The notes beneath the pieces are model-generated. The model saw only the letters and a list, made by a program, of their open reading frames with translations, had not been told where the DNA came from and ran no database searches. From Octopus vulgaris (lineage: Eukaryota), in assembly GCA_951406725.2 (NCBI GenBank), contig OX597821.1:5270001-5334000 (forward strand): 64,000 bases of DNA, read 5' to 3'. The translations under genes were made by a program, and so were the position numbers. Of the stretch, positions 26,886 to 41,606 are shown piece by piece (within the stretch, counting starts at the first letter, position 1; each line of letters opens with the position of its first letter).

Positions 26886-27222
26886 CAGTTGCTCTCAACC
26901 AGGTTCAATGTACTCCCTAAAGCTCCATACAAGATTTTCGGAGACCCATGCAACAAAATAGTAAACTGGGAATCCACAATAGTATTTGAAGAGCCCCTGA
27001 TACAATTTTTTATGATTGATTGTATTGCAAAAAACCTCTAGGTTTCTTTCCCTAAATTTCACATAATTCAGCCTAAACAAGTGAATATGGGGAAAAGAAC
27101 ATAGGAATTTGAAAGAAGGATCTGTAAATCTAGATTTGAAACATCGAATGGTTATCGGGTTCCACCGTAAATATATAGTAACCAAAGAGATCCATTGATA
27201 AAAAAATGGTTGAGGACCTCTA
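26886..27222. mobile_element. hAT-type MITE with 8-bp TSD
   Basis: Imperfect TIRs CAGTTGCTCTCAACC / GGTTGAGGACCTCTA; flanking direct repeat CTTTAAAG at 26878-26885 and 27223-27230. Confidence 0.8.
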
Positions 27223-27668
27223 CTTTAAAGCTACGGTTTTTGTTTCTTGTATATCTAGTCTGTTCTTCTTCTCGTTTGTATGTGAATAAAACTATGCCCA
27301 CCTTATAATAAACACGAAAAATAAAATAAAATAAAGCTTTTAATTTATCAGGGAAAGATAATTGATTTAATGGAAGGATTCAACAACCTACTTATTTTGC
27401 TAGAAAATGAGAACATTCCTTACAAACATTTTCAACGCAACGCGGAATGTCACTTGGTAAGGTATCTTAGAAACAACCTGCAAAGACAATAAAAGAAAAA
27501 AAAAAAGAATCGCTTGTCTACGCAAGAAGCCGAAATTTGAAACAATTCTACAAGCATATAAAATAACAATATTGCACGCATTCCTCCCATACATACATAA
27601 TGACATACTCACATGCATACATACATACCTACATAAATACATACATATATATATATACAGATATGTGA

Positions 27669-27768
<100 letters not shown>

Positions 27769-27949
27769 GTACATGTTCATATTATTATTAATTTTACCTT
27801 ATAGAAAGGAATATTTCGAGTTTATAAAGAAATACAATACAATTGGAAAGCGAATTAGGAATATCCGAACGGACGTTTGCACTATGACATATACGTGCGC
27901 ATGCGCCTATGTTATATATATATATATATATATATATATAGATAGATAA

Positions 27950-27998
<49 letters not shown>

Positions 27999-28458
27999 GA
28001 GCGAGAGAGAGAGATGCATACATGCATACATATATATCCGCATGCATACATGCATATGTGATGTGCATTTACATGCATAAATGAATTTATATAGATACGC
28101 ATATACGTATATCATTATATACCCACATACAAACATATACGTATACATATATCTGTAGATAATCACATAATTATATATATATATTTATATATATATTTAT
28201 AAATATACATTTAAATTTACATTATATACGCATGTGCCAACCCGATATTGTGAGCATGCGGTCGTGTATTTGTGTGTGTGATCGTGCGTGTGTTTGTGTG
28301 TATGTGTATTACCGTATGTAATTCAACTGTTTCTGGTGTGTATGCTCCTGTATATATGTCTGTATTAAATATATGCACAATAGCGCACACGCACATACAT
28401 ACATACATACATACATACACTCATACATAATACATACATACATACATACATACATGCA

Positions 28459-28514
<56 letters not shown>

Positions 28515-28765
28515 TGTGCGTGTGTGTGTATTCTATACGTATTCTTGATGGAGTAAGGAAAGATTTAGTTCAATCTTTGATCTTTAAAAGCAAAGCGAGG
28601 TTAAATGTGTCGACAGAATCAAGTTGAAATTAAATTTACAAATAGTTGCAAAACACACCCTCCAAAAATATTTCATTCTTTCCATTTTTGCTGCCTGAAG
28701 CATTTTAATCGAATTTACCAATTTTAATAGGATTAAGAAGAAATTTAAAAACAACAACAACAACA

Positions 28766-28892
<127 letters not shown>

Positions 28893-29354
28893 TCAACAGC
28901 AACAACGAGAACAACAACGATGTAAAACGGAAAGAAGTAATGTCTGTCTTTATATAACAACGTCGTGGAAAGGTGAATGTGAAAGAAAGAAATAATTGTT
29001 TGAAGCACACCAGACGTTCTTACAAGTTTACTTGTATCACGTTAATGTTTTCTTTGAATAAGTTCTTTGTGTTGCTTATGTTTCTGTTTGTAGATTCGCT
29101 TCTTATTGATTTTTTTTTATATATTCAGTTTTAAATATTCCTGTCTTAATGCTTAACATGTATTGTATGTGTTAAACTGTTCTTTATAGGGGGAAAAATG
29201 CTGTAGGTCTTTATGACCGAATATACGTAGAAAACTAGTCACCAAGTTATTTGCATCCAGTCACCAGTTTGCCAATGTTCCCGAATACTCTATAGAATTG
29301 TTTTGGTTGTTATATTTGTTGTTGTTCGTGGTGGTGACTGTTGTTCTGGTTATT

Positions 29355-29545
29355 TCACTTTTTAGCATTCAGATAATGCTATCAGATGTAATGTTTCTTT
29401 ATGCACATTGATTTCAATTAATCATGCATTATAGCGTATCTTCCAGGTTTCTATGATGTTAGTATTTATCTTTAGAATGACATTGTAGGGTGACAGCGGT
29501 AGAATAGTTGGGCCTGATATGGCCGCTTAATTCCAAAGGGAATTA
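29355..29545. mobile_element. Degenerate piggyBac-like MITE
   Basis: Ends CTTTTTAGCATT... and ...AATTCCAAAGGG resemble CCCTTTAGCATT-type TIRs; TTAA TSD not intact. Confidence 0.35.
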
Positions 29546-31741
29546 GCCACACTAAACATATTTATGTGCAGGATTATGGCATCGTGCCTTCAGAGACTAG
29601 GTTTTAATTTCGGGGTGATTTAGCTCTCATTTCTAAGAGGTAGGGCAACCACGGAATAAGTATCTCCATCTATCATTCTAATTTCTATTGCGACTTTAAA
29701 GATGGACAATTTCGAAGCAGACACTTTCAGCATTTTCCAGCAATGTCCCCAATTCAGTGTTTTTTATAAAGTGAAAGGGTTGTAAAAATTGGAAAAGGTG
29801 CAAAAAGCTTGCCATGTTTTATAATGTTGAGCCAGGTTCTAAAATCTTGATAGGTGCAAGAGAATTGTCTAAAACGAATAATTATATATGGAAGGACAGG
29901 ACTGTGTGATCAAGAAGAAGCGCATTCTGCAAACACTCATTTTTGGGTGCAGTTTCAATGTATAGCATCTTGAGGAAGTGTCTTCTCATTTAGTCTTGTA
30001 AGGGAATTTGATAGATGGAAACTGTGTGAAATCTCGGTATATACATACATACATACATACATACATAGGCACACACAAATACATATTATATATATGCGTC
30101 TTTGTATAGATGTGTTCATCTCCTCCACAGTTTGACAACCGATATTGGTTTATTTACGACGCGTAAAATTGCCGTTCGCCAATAGACCTTATAGTTTATG
30201 TAACAGACTTCAAAAACTGTTTGATTTGTTCGACTAAGCACCCAAAGCCGTGCTCCAGCGTGGGCGTCATCCAATGACCGAAACACATAAAAATCAAGGA
30301 TCCAAACGCCATTTTATTTTATCATTTGTTTCAAATTTTAACAAAGGGACAGGTTTAGCTAGAGTGGTGGATTTTGTCATTCGCAACGACCCCAGTGCCT
30401 GACTGTTACTTAATTTTACGTATTCCAGAGAAATGAAAGGCGAATTTCAGATTGTTGAGAATCGAACTTAGAGTGTAAAGAGCCGGAAAAAATACTGCAG
30501 ACCATTGTTTCTTTATTAATAGAATTAAGACAAAAATGTTGGTTGGTATTCGTATATATGATCTTGAGCATCGCTGCCCTAAACTACGTGGACGAAATCC
30601 AAACTTAGCATCATGCGCTCTATGTAATATCTTTTAATCCTTGTGACACACTTTTCGTTAAAAATAGGTGTCACCTCTCAAAAAAGGACAAAAATATCTT
30701 AATATTTGATGATGCCAGTATTTTTCAATTTCAGGAGCGCTACCCGAACTCACTGTCATCCGATTTGCGTAAAACTTTCGAATCCAAGAGACACTCTCTC
30801 CCTGATAATTTGATCTACTAGAAATTGCAACCACAACTTGCTCAAAGCTTCATATCTAAAAAAACAGATGGCAAAAATGGAGGAACTAAGAAAAGTAAGA
30901 GACAGTCGCGGGCATGGATTTGTATTTGTGAGGTTTGCTTTGCAACAACGAGCTTTCTAGTTCAGTTCCACTGCGTGGCATCTTGAGCAAATGTTTTCTA
31001 ATACATGTACACATGTGGGTGTGTGTGGTGTGTGTGTGTATATGTGTGTGTGTTTGTGTGTATGTGTGGGTGTGTATTACGAACATAATTTAATCAGCAT
31101 GTCTTGCTAAGGAAGCCAAATAATACTGAAACATATGAGCTAATTATTGAGTTAGCTTTAAAGACCATATTCTTTCCAATCAGATTTATTTACATCTAGT
31201 CCAACAATCTTATTTGAATTATGTCCCATGCTTTTGTATTTCAAAACTGGAAAAAAGCTTTAGTGTAGCGAGTGTTTCGATAATCTAAGTTGATGTTGTT
31301 TTTCAAATTACTGTATTACATATTGATTTTATGTATATTTTAGTTTCTCTTTTTCGTACGTGAGTAACACAGCAGAAAACGAATGGTTTATCCTATATAA
31401 AATTGCATTGTTGCTGAGGAAAGTTAGCCCAGCATTGTAATATAAAGTCTGCCATCATGTAAGTTACAATCTTGAAGGAGAAGCCAACTACATCGAATTC
31501 TTTATCTAAATGATTTCTTATGTTGCTGTTGTTGTTCCTGTTGTTCTTATTGTTTTGCTTCAGATTTAAACTCATTTTAAAGGGGTAAAATCAATAACAC
31601 TATGGTATAAAGTAGCCTGCAGAGAAGGACGAATACATGAGATTGTAAAAATGGATGCTTATTTGACTGTAAATATACGTGCGGTAAAAGCTACCTGAAA
31701 GTTATCAGTTCGGAAATGCGATAGGCCATTTTGCCAAACTG

Positions 31742-31812
<71 letters not shown>

Positions 31813-31824
31813 CAGACAGGTGGG

Positions 31825-31922
<98 letters not shown>

Positions 31923-31934
31923 GAGAAATAGATA
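31742..31934. repeat. (GATA)n array at the LINE 3' end; matching arrays at 37724-37973, 38262-38306, 17875-17982 and 18703-18796
   Basis: Direct reading. Confidence 0.95.
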
Positions 31935-32301
31935 TGTTTCTTTATTAGCCACACAGGGCTGCACATAGACGGGACAGGTTACAAAGTAGAGCTTTTCTTT
32001 TTTTGGAGAAAAAAAAAAAGTCGGGTAGGTTTTCGATCAAAAGGGATCGTAAAAGGGAAAGAAGAAAAAAAGGAAAAAAGGAATAGAAACAAAAGAAAAG
32101 AAAAAAAGAAGGGAAAAGGGGAAAAAAGAAAAAAACGATGAATAGGGATTCTGTATCACAGTGTCATGATGTACGGTGTAAAGGGGGATGCAGATGAGGT
32201 TTATCCGTGGGAAGAAAAGCCTACGGTAACCTCGGTCAATATCGTTACATGTTACCACATTTGTTTGCAAGTAGGTAACCCTCTGTTTTCAATTTCTGGG
32301 T

Positions 32302-35262
32302 TCATAGGATTATACTCAAGGTGGCTTCGTCATTTATGCGTGCCATTCTTGCTACATTCACCCATCTTTTTTAAAAACATTCGCTAGACAAAACTTGCCT
32401 CTCTACTCTCACTTTCCTTTTCAAGTGATACTTGAAGAAGTTGATGATAGATTGACCAGAGAGGAAAGTGTTTGTCTCCAATCTTTTCAGACGCGTCCAC
32501 CAGATACATTCTTTCGCCATAGGGAAGGAGGCGTGACAATATTGACGATAGATTCAGCTGATAAACCGACTCGTTCTACACGTAACAGCAGTTGTTCGAC
32601 ATAAGCCCACAGGTCGGAAATTGTTGGACACTGCACGAGTGCGTGCAGAACAAAAGGCGACCACACCTGTTCACGGTTGTCTATGAAGCGCCGGAGATGT
32701 CGCAGTCTCAGCGCATCATCAGCCACGGCATGCCCAGCCCTCCATTTAGCGGGTGTCGACAGCAAATGGATCACCTAACCATCAGAACGTTTCCCTTCCA
32801 CAAGAAGCGGAAGAGTATACGTTCCAGTTTGGTGATGGTAGGGTCGGGACAAGGCACGACGGTCAGACGATACTCGATGACGGATGCGATGTACGCGTTC
32901 GCCACCTCCGCCCGACCTTTGAGGGATAGCTTTCTCTCAGCCCATTTCTGGGTGAGAGTAGCCACCCTAGTCGTTATCTCGCCCCAGTTCTTCTCCATTT
33001 GGAGGTCCGGACCGAACCAGACCCCGAGCAATTTAACCGGTCCGTCCGTCCAGCGTCCCACGATGGAGACGCTGTTGGACGGCATGGGCCTGCTTCTGCA
33101 GGTGTCGAGCCGCAAGCCCACTGACTTTTCCCGGTTAATTTTTGCTCCCGTTACCGCTTCGTATTCTTTTAGTGTCTCACCGACCAGCTCGATGTGCTCG
33201 TAGCTCGACACTATGACGGTGACGTCATCCGCGTATGCAGACACGCTCCTCCCGCATCCCAGCTCTCGTGGGATGCCCCTCAGCGTCGCCAGTTTCCGCA
33301 GTAGTGGCTCAAGAGTCAATACATACAGCAGCGATGAGAGGGGGCATCCCTGACGAACCGAACGCATGATGTTAAAAGGTCTGGATAGATGACCATTTAC
33401 GCGAACTACTGAGCGGATGCCGCTGTATAAGGCAGCGATCCAACCGCGGAAAACTGGACCGAAACCAGCCGCTTTAAGGACAGCCTCCAAGTAGTGATGG
33501 TCTACCCTATCGAAAGCTTTTGATTGATCCAAATTGATCAGCGCCCCACCCATGCCAGGACTCTTAACTACCCTGTCTATGATGTAGCGCATCAGATGGA
33601 GGTTGTCATGAATACTTCTACCCGGCACGGCGCATGCTTGCGCCTTGTCGATTAGTTTCTTGATGACAAGCGCCAACCTCTCGGCTAACACCTTGGCCAA
33701 AATTTTCAAATCTGCGTTGAGCAGAGTGATGGGCCTGAAATTATCTATGACGTCCCCCTTGTTTGGGTCTTTCTTAATCAGTGCCACTGCTCCTCGCTTT
33801 ACAAAAGCCGGAATACTCCCGTTTTGCTGCCAGTTGCAGTAGACAGCTGACAAGACGCCTCCAAACAAGTCTGGCATATGAAAATAAAGTTCGTAGGGCA
33901 GACCATCCAAGCCTGGTGACTTGTCTCTCGCGCATCCTGTACGCCCGCAGCTGTGATAGGCCTTTAACAAGACTCCACCTCTCTTGCTGAGAGTCGTGGC
34001 AAGGCATGCAGGTAGGCACTAAAGTCCACTCTGCGTTCTGACCCAAACAGTTGGGTGAAGTGTTGTTGAAAAGCCCCACACATCCTTTTAGGCTCGAGCA
34101 ATTCGCGCCCCTGTTCATCTATAAGAGACTTGATGGTGGCTCTGTTGCCTCGTTGCGTCTCCACCACTCGGGCCTCTTGGGCGGCTCCAACTCCTTCGTT
34201 CCTCAGAGCACGCATCCTAGCTCTGACAACGCATCCCTCGTGTTTGGCGTTGAGGTGTTGGTCGAGGGCCAATCTCGCCGCCAGCACGTTGGACGCGATG
34301 CCAGTTCTAAGTGCCTCTTCTAAAACCTTAAATAATTCTCCCTCTATTCTATTTCGGTCTAATGCTAGGGCTTTACTGTATCTGACTGATTCTGCTTTAA
34401 TTGCTTTTTTTAGGGCATACCACCATCTGTTGTTGATGATGGTACCCGTCAAAGCTCTCTTAACTAATGTGCTGATCCGGTCCCTGTAAACCTGTCGTGC
34501 TGTAAAAGACGCGTTCAGTTTCCAGTAACCAGGACCCTGCCTATGTGTCTTATCTAAGTCAAGTGTACAAGTCACAAACTTGTGGTCTGTGTAACTGACT
34601 ATATGAAATTGTGGACAACCTACACTATTTTTATCTATTGTCCTACAGAATACTCTATCTAAGTATAATCTGGACGACCCGATGCGGTTACTCCATGTCC
34701 ACATTGGCACATTCGGGTGGTCCAGTCGGTACCTGTCAGACAGTTGGAAACGTCTGAGCAGGTCTTTGAGGCATTTGCATCCCCTTCTATTGCTATCTCT
34801 GCCCACGTAGTCAAGATGCGTGTCCAGGGTGGCATTCCAATCCCCCACTAAAAGTAAAGGACGAGACGTTCCCATGAAAGACTCTAGACGTCGAAAGAAA
34901 TCTGGTCGGCCTGTTAAGGACGGAGCATAAACTGCTATCAGTCGAAAAGCACACTCATTGTTGCCATCGACATCCAAAACGACCAGCCTACCATCCGGGT
35001 CTAGGAAAATTGCTCTTACTTTGAGATCCAGACCCTTCCGGAGAAGCACCGCGGTGCCACCTCCGCCCATTCTCGGTAGACACGGAGAAAAATAAATGTT
35101 GAAATGTGTACCGAAACTGTGCTGGAGTGCCCGCAAGCTGTGGAGTCTGGTTTCACTGATGGCTATGATATTCAGATTTAGTGACTTGATGTCATTTAAC
35201 AGGTAGCCTTGGTTCCAAGGCGACCCCAAGCCACGTACATTTATACTGCCTATTCTGAGCAT
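32302..35262 (-). pseudogene. LINE ORF2: apurinic-like endonuclease + reverse transcriptase (disrupted)
   Basis: APE motifs SINVRGL, ISET, GDWN, LDRVF, TDH; RT motifs KSPGLDG, RPITLLN.D.K, DQSKAFDRV, RQGCPLS, YADD; frameshift near 33965, stop at 32771, C-terminal deletions. Confidence 0.92.
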
Positions 35263-35328
35263 GTTCCGATAAAAAATTGTGTTTTACACACGAAAAGAAA
35301 GTGCAAAAAAGGAAAGAGAGAGAAAAGG

Positions 35329-37403
35329 TTACTTGTTCGAAAGTCCTTTGTTTTTCACCTCACAGTCTTCTTCCATGAGGTTTTTGTATAGTTTCTTTGA
35401 TGAAAACTTTTGAAATCTCCCTACTGCATCAGGGTAAAGAGATTTCAGGGTGCTGTATGTGTTCTGTGTTACGTGTATTATTTTAATGTGTTGTGGTGGT
35501 GTTGTGCGTGGGTGGTTACTTGTTTTTATGTCGTTTTCAGTTATGTTGGTGTTTGACCTAATGTGTTCCATTAGGTCGTGGTTGTTTGTGTTTATGGCTG
35601 TCAACATTGTTGGGGGGTTTGATGATGGTGTGTTTGTGTTGATGTGTTTGTTTTCTGTGGATGTTTTTGTTTCGGGAGTGGTGAATCTTCCTGCTTTGTT
35701 TGTTATCTTTTCTTTTCTTTTTTTCCCCCTTTTTCTTCTTCCCCCTGTGGCTATTTGCCAATGTTCTGTGTCTTCTTCGTCTAATGACAAATCAGAAGAA
35801 GCAGAGCTTGGAAGAGGGAAAATATTGGGGTCTATTGTAGACTGTGTTGATTTTGTTGTTGGTGTTGGTTGGTAAGCGTTAGGTTGTGGTGTATGTGGTT
35901 TTGGCGGTGGGGTGTGGGTATTTTGTGTTTGAGTGATTGTAGGTATTGTTGTGTTGTTTGGGGTGTCAATTTTGTGGGGATTTGGAGTAGTAAGTGTTTC
36001 TTCATTTTCGATGAGTTGTCTTTTTGGCAGATGTCATTGGTTTGTGAGTTTGTTTATTCTGGGTTGTTGTTGGTGGAGTTGCTTCTGTTCTTGGTGTAGT
36101 TGGTGTGGTTGTTTGGTTGGTGAGGTTTGTTTTTTGTTGATTTTCTGTGATTAGTCCTGTTCGTGCAAAACGTGGTGTGGGTAGTAAAGCTGGTTTATTT
36201 GTTTTTTCCGGCTGCTGTTGTTGTTCCTGTTGTTTGCTTGCGGCAGATTTGCAATCTTTTTTTAGGTGTTGCTCACTTCCGCATATGTAGCAACATGGTC
36301 TTCTGCCATCGACGACCACATACAACTTGCGGTCTTCTGATACACATATCTGGGTGGGTATTTTCTTTATGTCCTCTTGGTTTATATGTAGTAGAAATTC
36401 TACTTTTTTCCCACCCAGTTTTTGTGCTCCGTGACCGTGGTTTCTAAAATTGTGAAATCTTCCATTTTCCCACATAAGGCCTTTACTAGCCATAGATTGT
36501 TAGCTATTTTGGGGACATTGTTTAAAGTGATCTTAGTCACTTTCTGTCCACGATAGCTTGGTGTTAGTTGAAGTTCATCTGAATGAAGAGTTAGCGTTGA
36601 GAAACGTCTTGCTAACCCTTCAGTGTGGAAGACCACTTGTATGTGTGCGAACTTGTTCCACCAGGTCACACACTCTTTGTAGTTCCAGATGGGTTTCAAG
36701 CATTTTTCTATTTTGCTTGTGTTAGCCTTCTCTGGACTTTTTGTTTTCTTATTAATTATTTTATATATAATTGTTCTTTTTTTTCATCTTCTAATATTTC
36801 TTGTGGTATGTTTATTTTTACTATACCATCTACTTCCGTTATTGAAATGTTCATGTCTTTTATTTGTTGTGCAGTAAAATATACTGTTGTCTTTTTTCTT
36901 TTATCGCCTCGGCGAAATTTGTTGTTGTTTTGTTATTGTTGTTGCTGGTGGTGATGTTGTTGTTGGCTGCAGTTGGTAAAATCGGTGTATTTGGTTTGAT
37001 TGTGCAAGTAGGAAGGGGTGGAAAATTACTTGCATAGTTTATCCCTGTATTCAAGCAGCTTTTGTCAATTTGTTTGGTGGTCACAGTCTTTTGTTTATTC
37101 CCTTCAGTTCTTGTTGTTGGAGTAAAACAGGTCTGAACAGAATTGTTGTTGTTGTTATTGTTGTTTTTGTTGTTGGTGGTGGTGTCAGTGGCAGAAGAGA
37201 CAGCCGTGGCAGCAGATGGCGCAAATGTTATTATTCTTGTTGTCATTGTTATTGTTGTTGTTGGTGGTAGTTGAGGTAGTGGATGAGGTGGCGGTGGTGG
37301 TGGTGGTGGAGGCGGTGGTGGTAGCAGTAGTAGTCTTGTTGTTGTTGTTAGTGGTGGTGGTGACAGTGCTGTTATCGCAAGTGGTTGCAGCGTTCACTGC
37401 CAT
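35329..37403 (-). pseudogene. LINE ORF1 (gag-like, zinc knuckle), frameshifted
   Basis: Successive ORF pieces 37403-37185, 37246-36860, 36699-36400, 36493-36002 (CYICGSEQHLKKDC) and 35790-35329; T/N-rich low-complexity N-terminus and linker. Confidence 0.8.
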
Positions 37404-37723
37404 GTCATTTAGGTTTGCACTTTGCGTGCATGAGTTCTTTTTTCTTCTCCTAGCGTTTCCAGACTAGGAGAATGTTGGTCGATAAAGGAACGCGACCATC
37501 GTTCTACAATACATTTTCTCGACATTTTCGAAATGTCGAGAAAAAAATTACACCAATTAAATAGGGTTGAAACTGCCCCTAGGGGCGAATTCCTCCCTTG
37601 GAAAAGCACTCAAAAGAAAGTTGGGTGCCTTACACACCTTATTTACAAAAATGTACACAAAAATTTGGCTATAAATAGTCAAAATAAACGATTACCTTCG
37701 GAGCCGAAGTGACAGCACGTCCG

Positions 37724-37773
<50 letters not shown>

Positions 37774-37774
37774 T

Positions 37775-37814
<40 letters not shown>

Positions 37815-37819
37815 GTAGG

Positions 37820-37857
<38 letters not shown>

Positions 37858-37899
37858 TATAGATAGATATATAGATAGATAGATAGATAAGTAGGTAGG

Positions 37900-37973
<74 letters not shown>

Positions 37974-38261
37974 TGTTTCTTTATTAGCCACACAGGGCTG
38001 CACACAGATATAACAAATTACAAGGTAGAGCTTTTCTTTTGAAGGTTTAAGAAAGAAAAAAAAAAAAAAAGGAAGGGGGAGTTTCGATCAAAAGGGATCG
38101 TAAAAGGAGAGAAAGAGGACAAAAAAAAGGGGGAGGAAAAAAAGGGGGGAGGAAAAAAGGGGGGAGGAAAAAAATTGATCAATAGGGATCGTTATCACAG
38201 AAATGTCAATATGAAGTGTAAGGGGGAGGACAGGTGAGGTTTACCCGTGCAAAGAAAAGCC

Positions 38262-38263
<2 letters not shown>
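37974..38263 (-). mobile_element. 5'-truncated Tx1/L1-type LINE (3' UTR only) in (GATA)n
   Basis: Same TGTTTCTTTATTAGCCACACAGGGCTGCAC terminus and TTTCGATCAAAAGGGATCGTAAAAGG block; GATA on both sides. Confidence 0.9.
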
Positions 38264-38308
<45 letters not shown>

Positions 38309-39370
38309 GTAGGTAGGTAGGTAGGTAGGTAGGTAGGTAGGTAGGTAGGTATGTATGTAGGTAGGTAGGTAGGTAGGTAGGTAGGTAGGTAGATAGGTAG
38401 ATAGATAGATAGATACACAGAAAGATAGGCAGTCAGACAGAGCAAACAGACAGACAGGCAGACAGATAGATAGAAAATATATTGCACCTAGAGGAATGCA
38501 GTGATTCATATCAACAATATAACTGGCACTGTATTTAGTGTTTCTATTTTGTTCTGGTTGTCGATGGTGTCAATGGTAGTACTTAACCCTAAGTCAGGAC
38601 ATATGGAGCAGACGAACAAATACATTGCAATCTTGACTATCTTGTATCGTTTGGAATTTTCTGAGGCTGCATTATCTTCATGGATTTTTCAGTTTTTCAT
38701 TTAAGAAATTGGGTTATAAATTTTCTAAAAGTATTCACACTATTCATAACAGGTCAAGCGACCAGGAGAGGCACTTTTCCCTGTCAGACGAAAGAAAGAG
38801 CATTTGAAAGACTAAGAATTTAGCTAGCAGCAAATTAGTACATAAAATGAGCCAAATAGTCAAGTTTCAGAGTACTTCTTCGATTCAGAAAGACCATAGT
38901 TCAAATTTCGCCTCTTATTTTCTTCTCTATATTTTGCCAGGGTAATATTATTTACATACCATGGATTTGACGCATCTTCGATTAAAAATACTGCAAATGT
39001 TTAGCATTTAAAACACAACGACTTATAGATACAGGAATTTACCTAATATTGAAGCGTTTGTATGAGATAGTATAAGAAGTAATCCCTCGCCATATCGCGG
39101 TTCACCAATTGCGGTTTATTATTTAAGCTTAGGTCTATTCGTCAGTGGTGCTGTTTTGTGTTTATAATAAAATAGATATATGCAAATTATAAAGATAATT
39201 AACAAAAATATAAAGAATACAGTACTCTTTCAACCTCACGAACTTTCCTCTATGACGGAGGCGTTTGGAACGTAACACCCGCGTAATTTGAGGGATTACT
39301 GTAAATATAAACACGCCTCAAACACACATACAGAAATAGTCATACACACACAAACACACATACACACACA

Positions 39371-39435
<65 letters not shown>

Positions 39436-39616
39436 GTCATACAAGAAGACACAGACAAACACACAATACAAATATATGTATATCTTTGTTCCGATGGAAA
39501 CGTATACTTATGTATGTTTGTATATATGTACGCATGTATGTATATTGGTGTGTATGTTATATATATGCAAATTTATAGATCTATACACAGATACACATAT
39601 ATATTTATATACACAC

Positions 39617-39671
<55 letters not shown>

Positions 39672-39702
39672 AATACATCTATATATAATATATATATACA
39701 TG

Positions 39703-39782
<80 letters not shown>

Positions 39783-40470
39783 TATACTGGAGTGCGTAAG
39801 AGATAGTGATATATATGAACTTCTACAAAACTCTGTGCCTATGAAGATGAGTGTAAATATTACACACAGCAGTGTGTGTGTATCTGTATGTGAGTGTGCG
39901 CGCGTGTGTATGCGTGCGTGCGCGTGTGCGTGTACGTGTTTGTCATATGAAAAGAAATATTTATGATGGGAGAAAATTTTTTCAAGGAATCACCAATGTT
40001 GAAAAATGGAAAGGGAAAAATAAAATCTATAAAGAATGAACTACTTACACAATAGATTGTGTTTTATCTGCAGATAGGAAACAAAAAAAATATTCGTGAA
40101 AACAGGCGAAAAATAAAAAAAAACATTTGAACACGAAGTTTTCAGATCAGAAAAAAAAAATCTTTTACTATCATGAGGTGTGAAAATGTTTTTGAAAAAG
40201 GGAACAGAGAAATTTTACGTTTATATTTGGGTGGATTTTTTCCACATTTCTATGTGGACTTCAGAGTTTTATTTTCCTGTCTAATTCTTGCTATTTACTT
40301 CTATTTTTTTTTGTGTATTTAATTTTATTTGTTTTTTTTTTTTTATCTATCTATTTTCATTATTTTCATTTTATATCTTTCTCTCCCTAGAAATCCAGTT
40401 TTCAGCGCGATTATTTTTTAGGCTCTGACGTAGAAAGTTCTTACTCACATACAAACGCACGCATGCAAAC

Positions 40471-40579
<109 letters not shown>

Positions 40580-40687
40580 TGTATGTATGTATGTATGTGT
40601 ATCTCTTTACATATATGTATGTGTTGGTACATACACATGCACGCATGCATATATACACATATACAAATACTTACACATGCATGTGTG

Positions 40688-40744
<57 letters not shown>

Positions 40745-41606
40745 TTGTGTACAAATTTCATTTTAGTTAGGTAAATTTTTGTGGCGAGTTGAATTACTAC
40801 AGTAACATGTCGAAAATTAGCAGCTGCGTTTCTGAAGCACACACACAAGCTCACAGACCCACACACATACACAAATACCCCAAACACACAAGCAGATACA
40901 GATATATATATATGTACATGCAAACAAACATTCTTATCTCACATACATATATACATACGTATTTGCCTGTACGAATATAACCACGTGGATTGATGGATGG
41001 ATGGATGGATGGATGGATGGATGGATGCATTCAAGTATAAATGTTCTACAAAATATATTTACCAATTCAAAATTTCCCATTGTTATATGGAGATGCATCG
41101 TGCTCAAACGCCCATACAGAAATATTTAGATATACGTGTACACATTGCATACGTAAAAGTATGTGTGTACGTATGAGTTTGCACAATGTTGTTATGTTTG
41201 TGTAAGTGTGCATGCGTATGTGTTCAACTGACTCTGCCCTCTATTATAGATTTTTTTATTTCGTGTGAATCAGGATTGAATAAATATATATTAGAAGATA
41301 TGTAAGCCACCATTGTATCGGTATTAGGTTTCACAACCTAATAACCTTATACTGCAATTCGATGAATACTTTTATAATAGTTAGGAAACTTACATTTGTT
41401 TTGCTTCATTCAAACAAAATGTCACCCCAATCTAAGAAATCGATCGCCACTTTTGACCTAAATGATGTGTGCTGACTCAATGCAATGCTGAAATAGAGTA
41501 TTTGAAATTTCAGCTTTCTAGTTGAAGTAGTTTCAGAGTTACGGCTTTTAAAACTATAACCATTAGATGGCACTAGATTCACGCTTCAGTATTTCCGCTG
41601 CCTATA

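Larger units (their letters stand above)
31935..37723 (-). mobile_element. Apparently full-length (~5.8 kb) Tx1/L1-clade non-LTR retrotransposon inserted in (GATA)n
   Basis: About 320-bp 5' UTR, ORF1 with CCHC knuckle, ORF2 APE+RT, pyrimidine-rich 3' UTR, AATAAAGAAACA end fused to (TATC)n. Confidence 0.92.

Noticed and set aside
32592-33203. 203-aa plus-strand ORF and other antisense ORFs in the LINE
   Set aside because: Shadow ORFs opposite the GC-richer RT coding strand.
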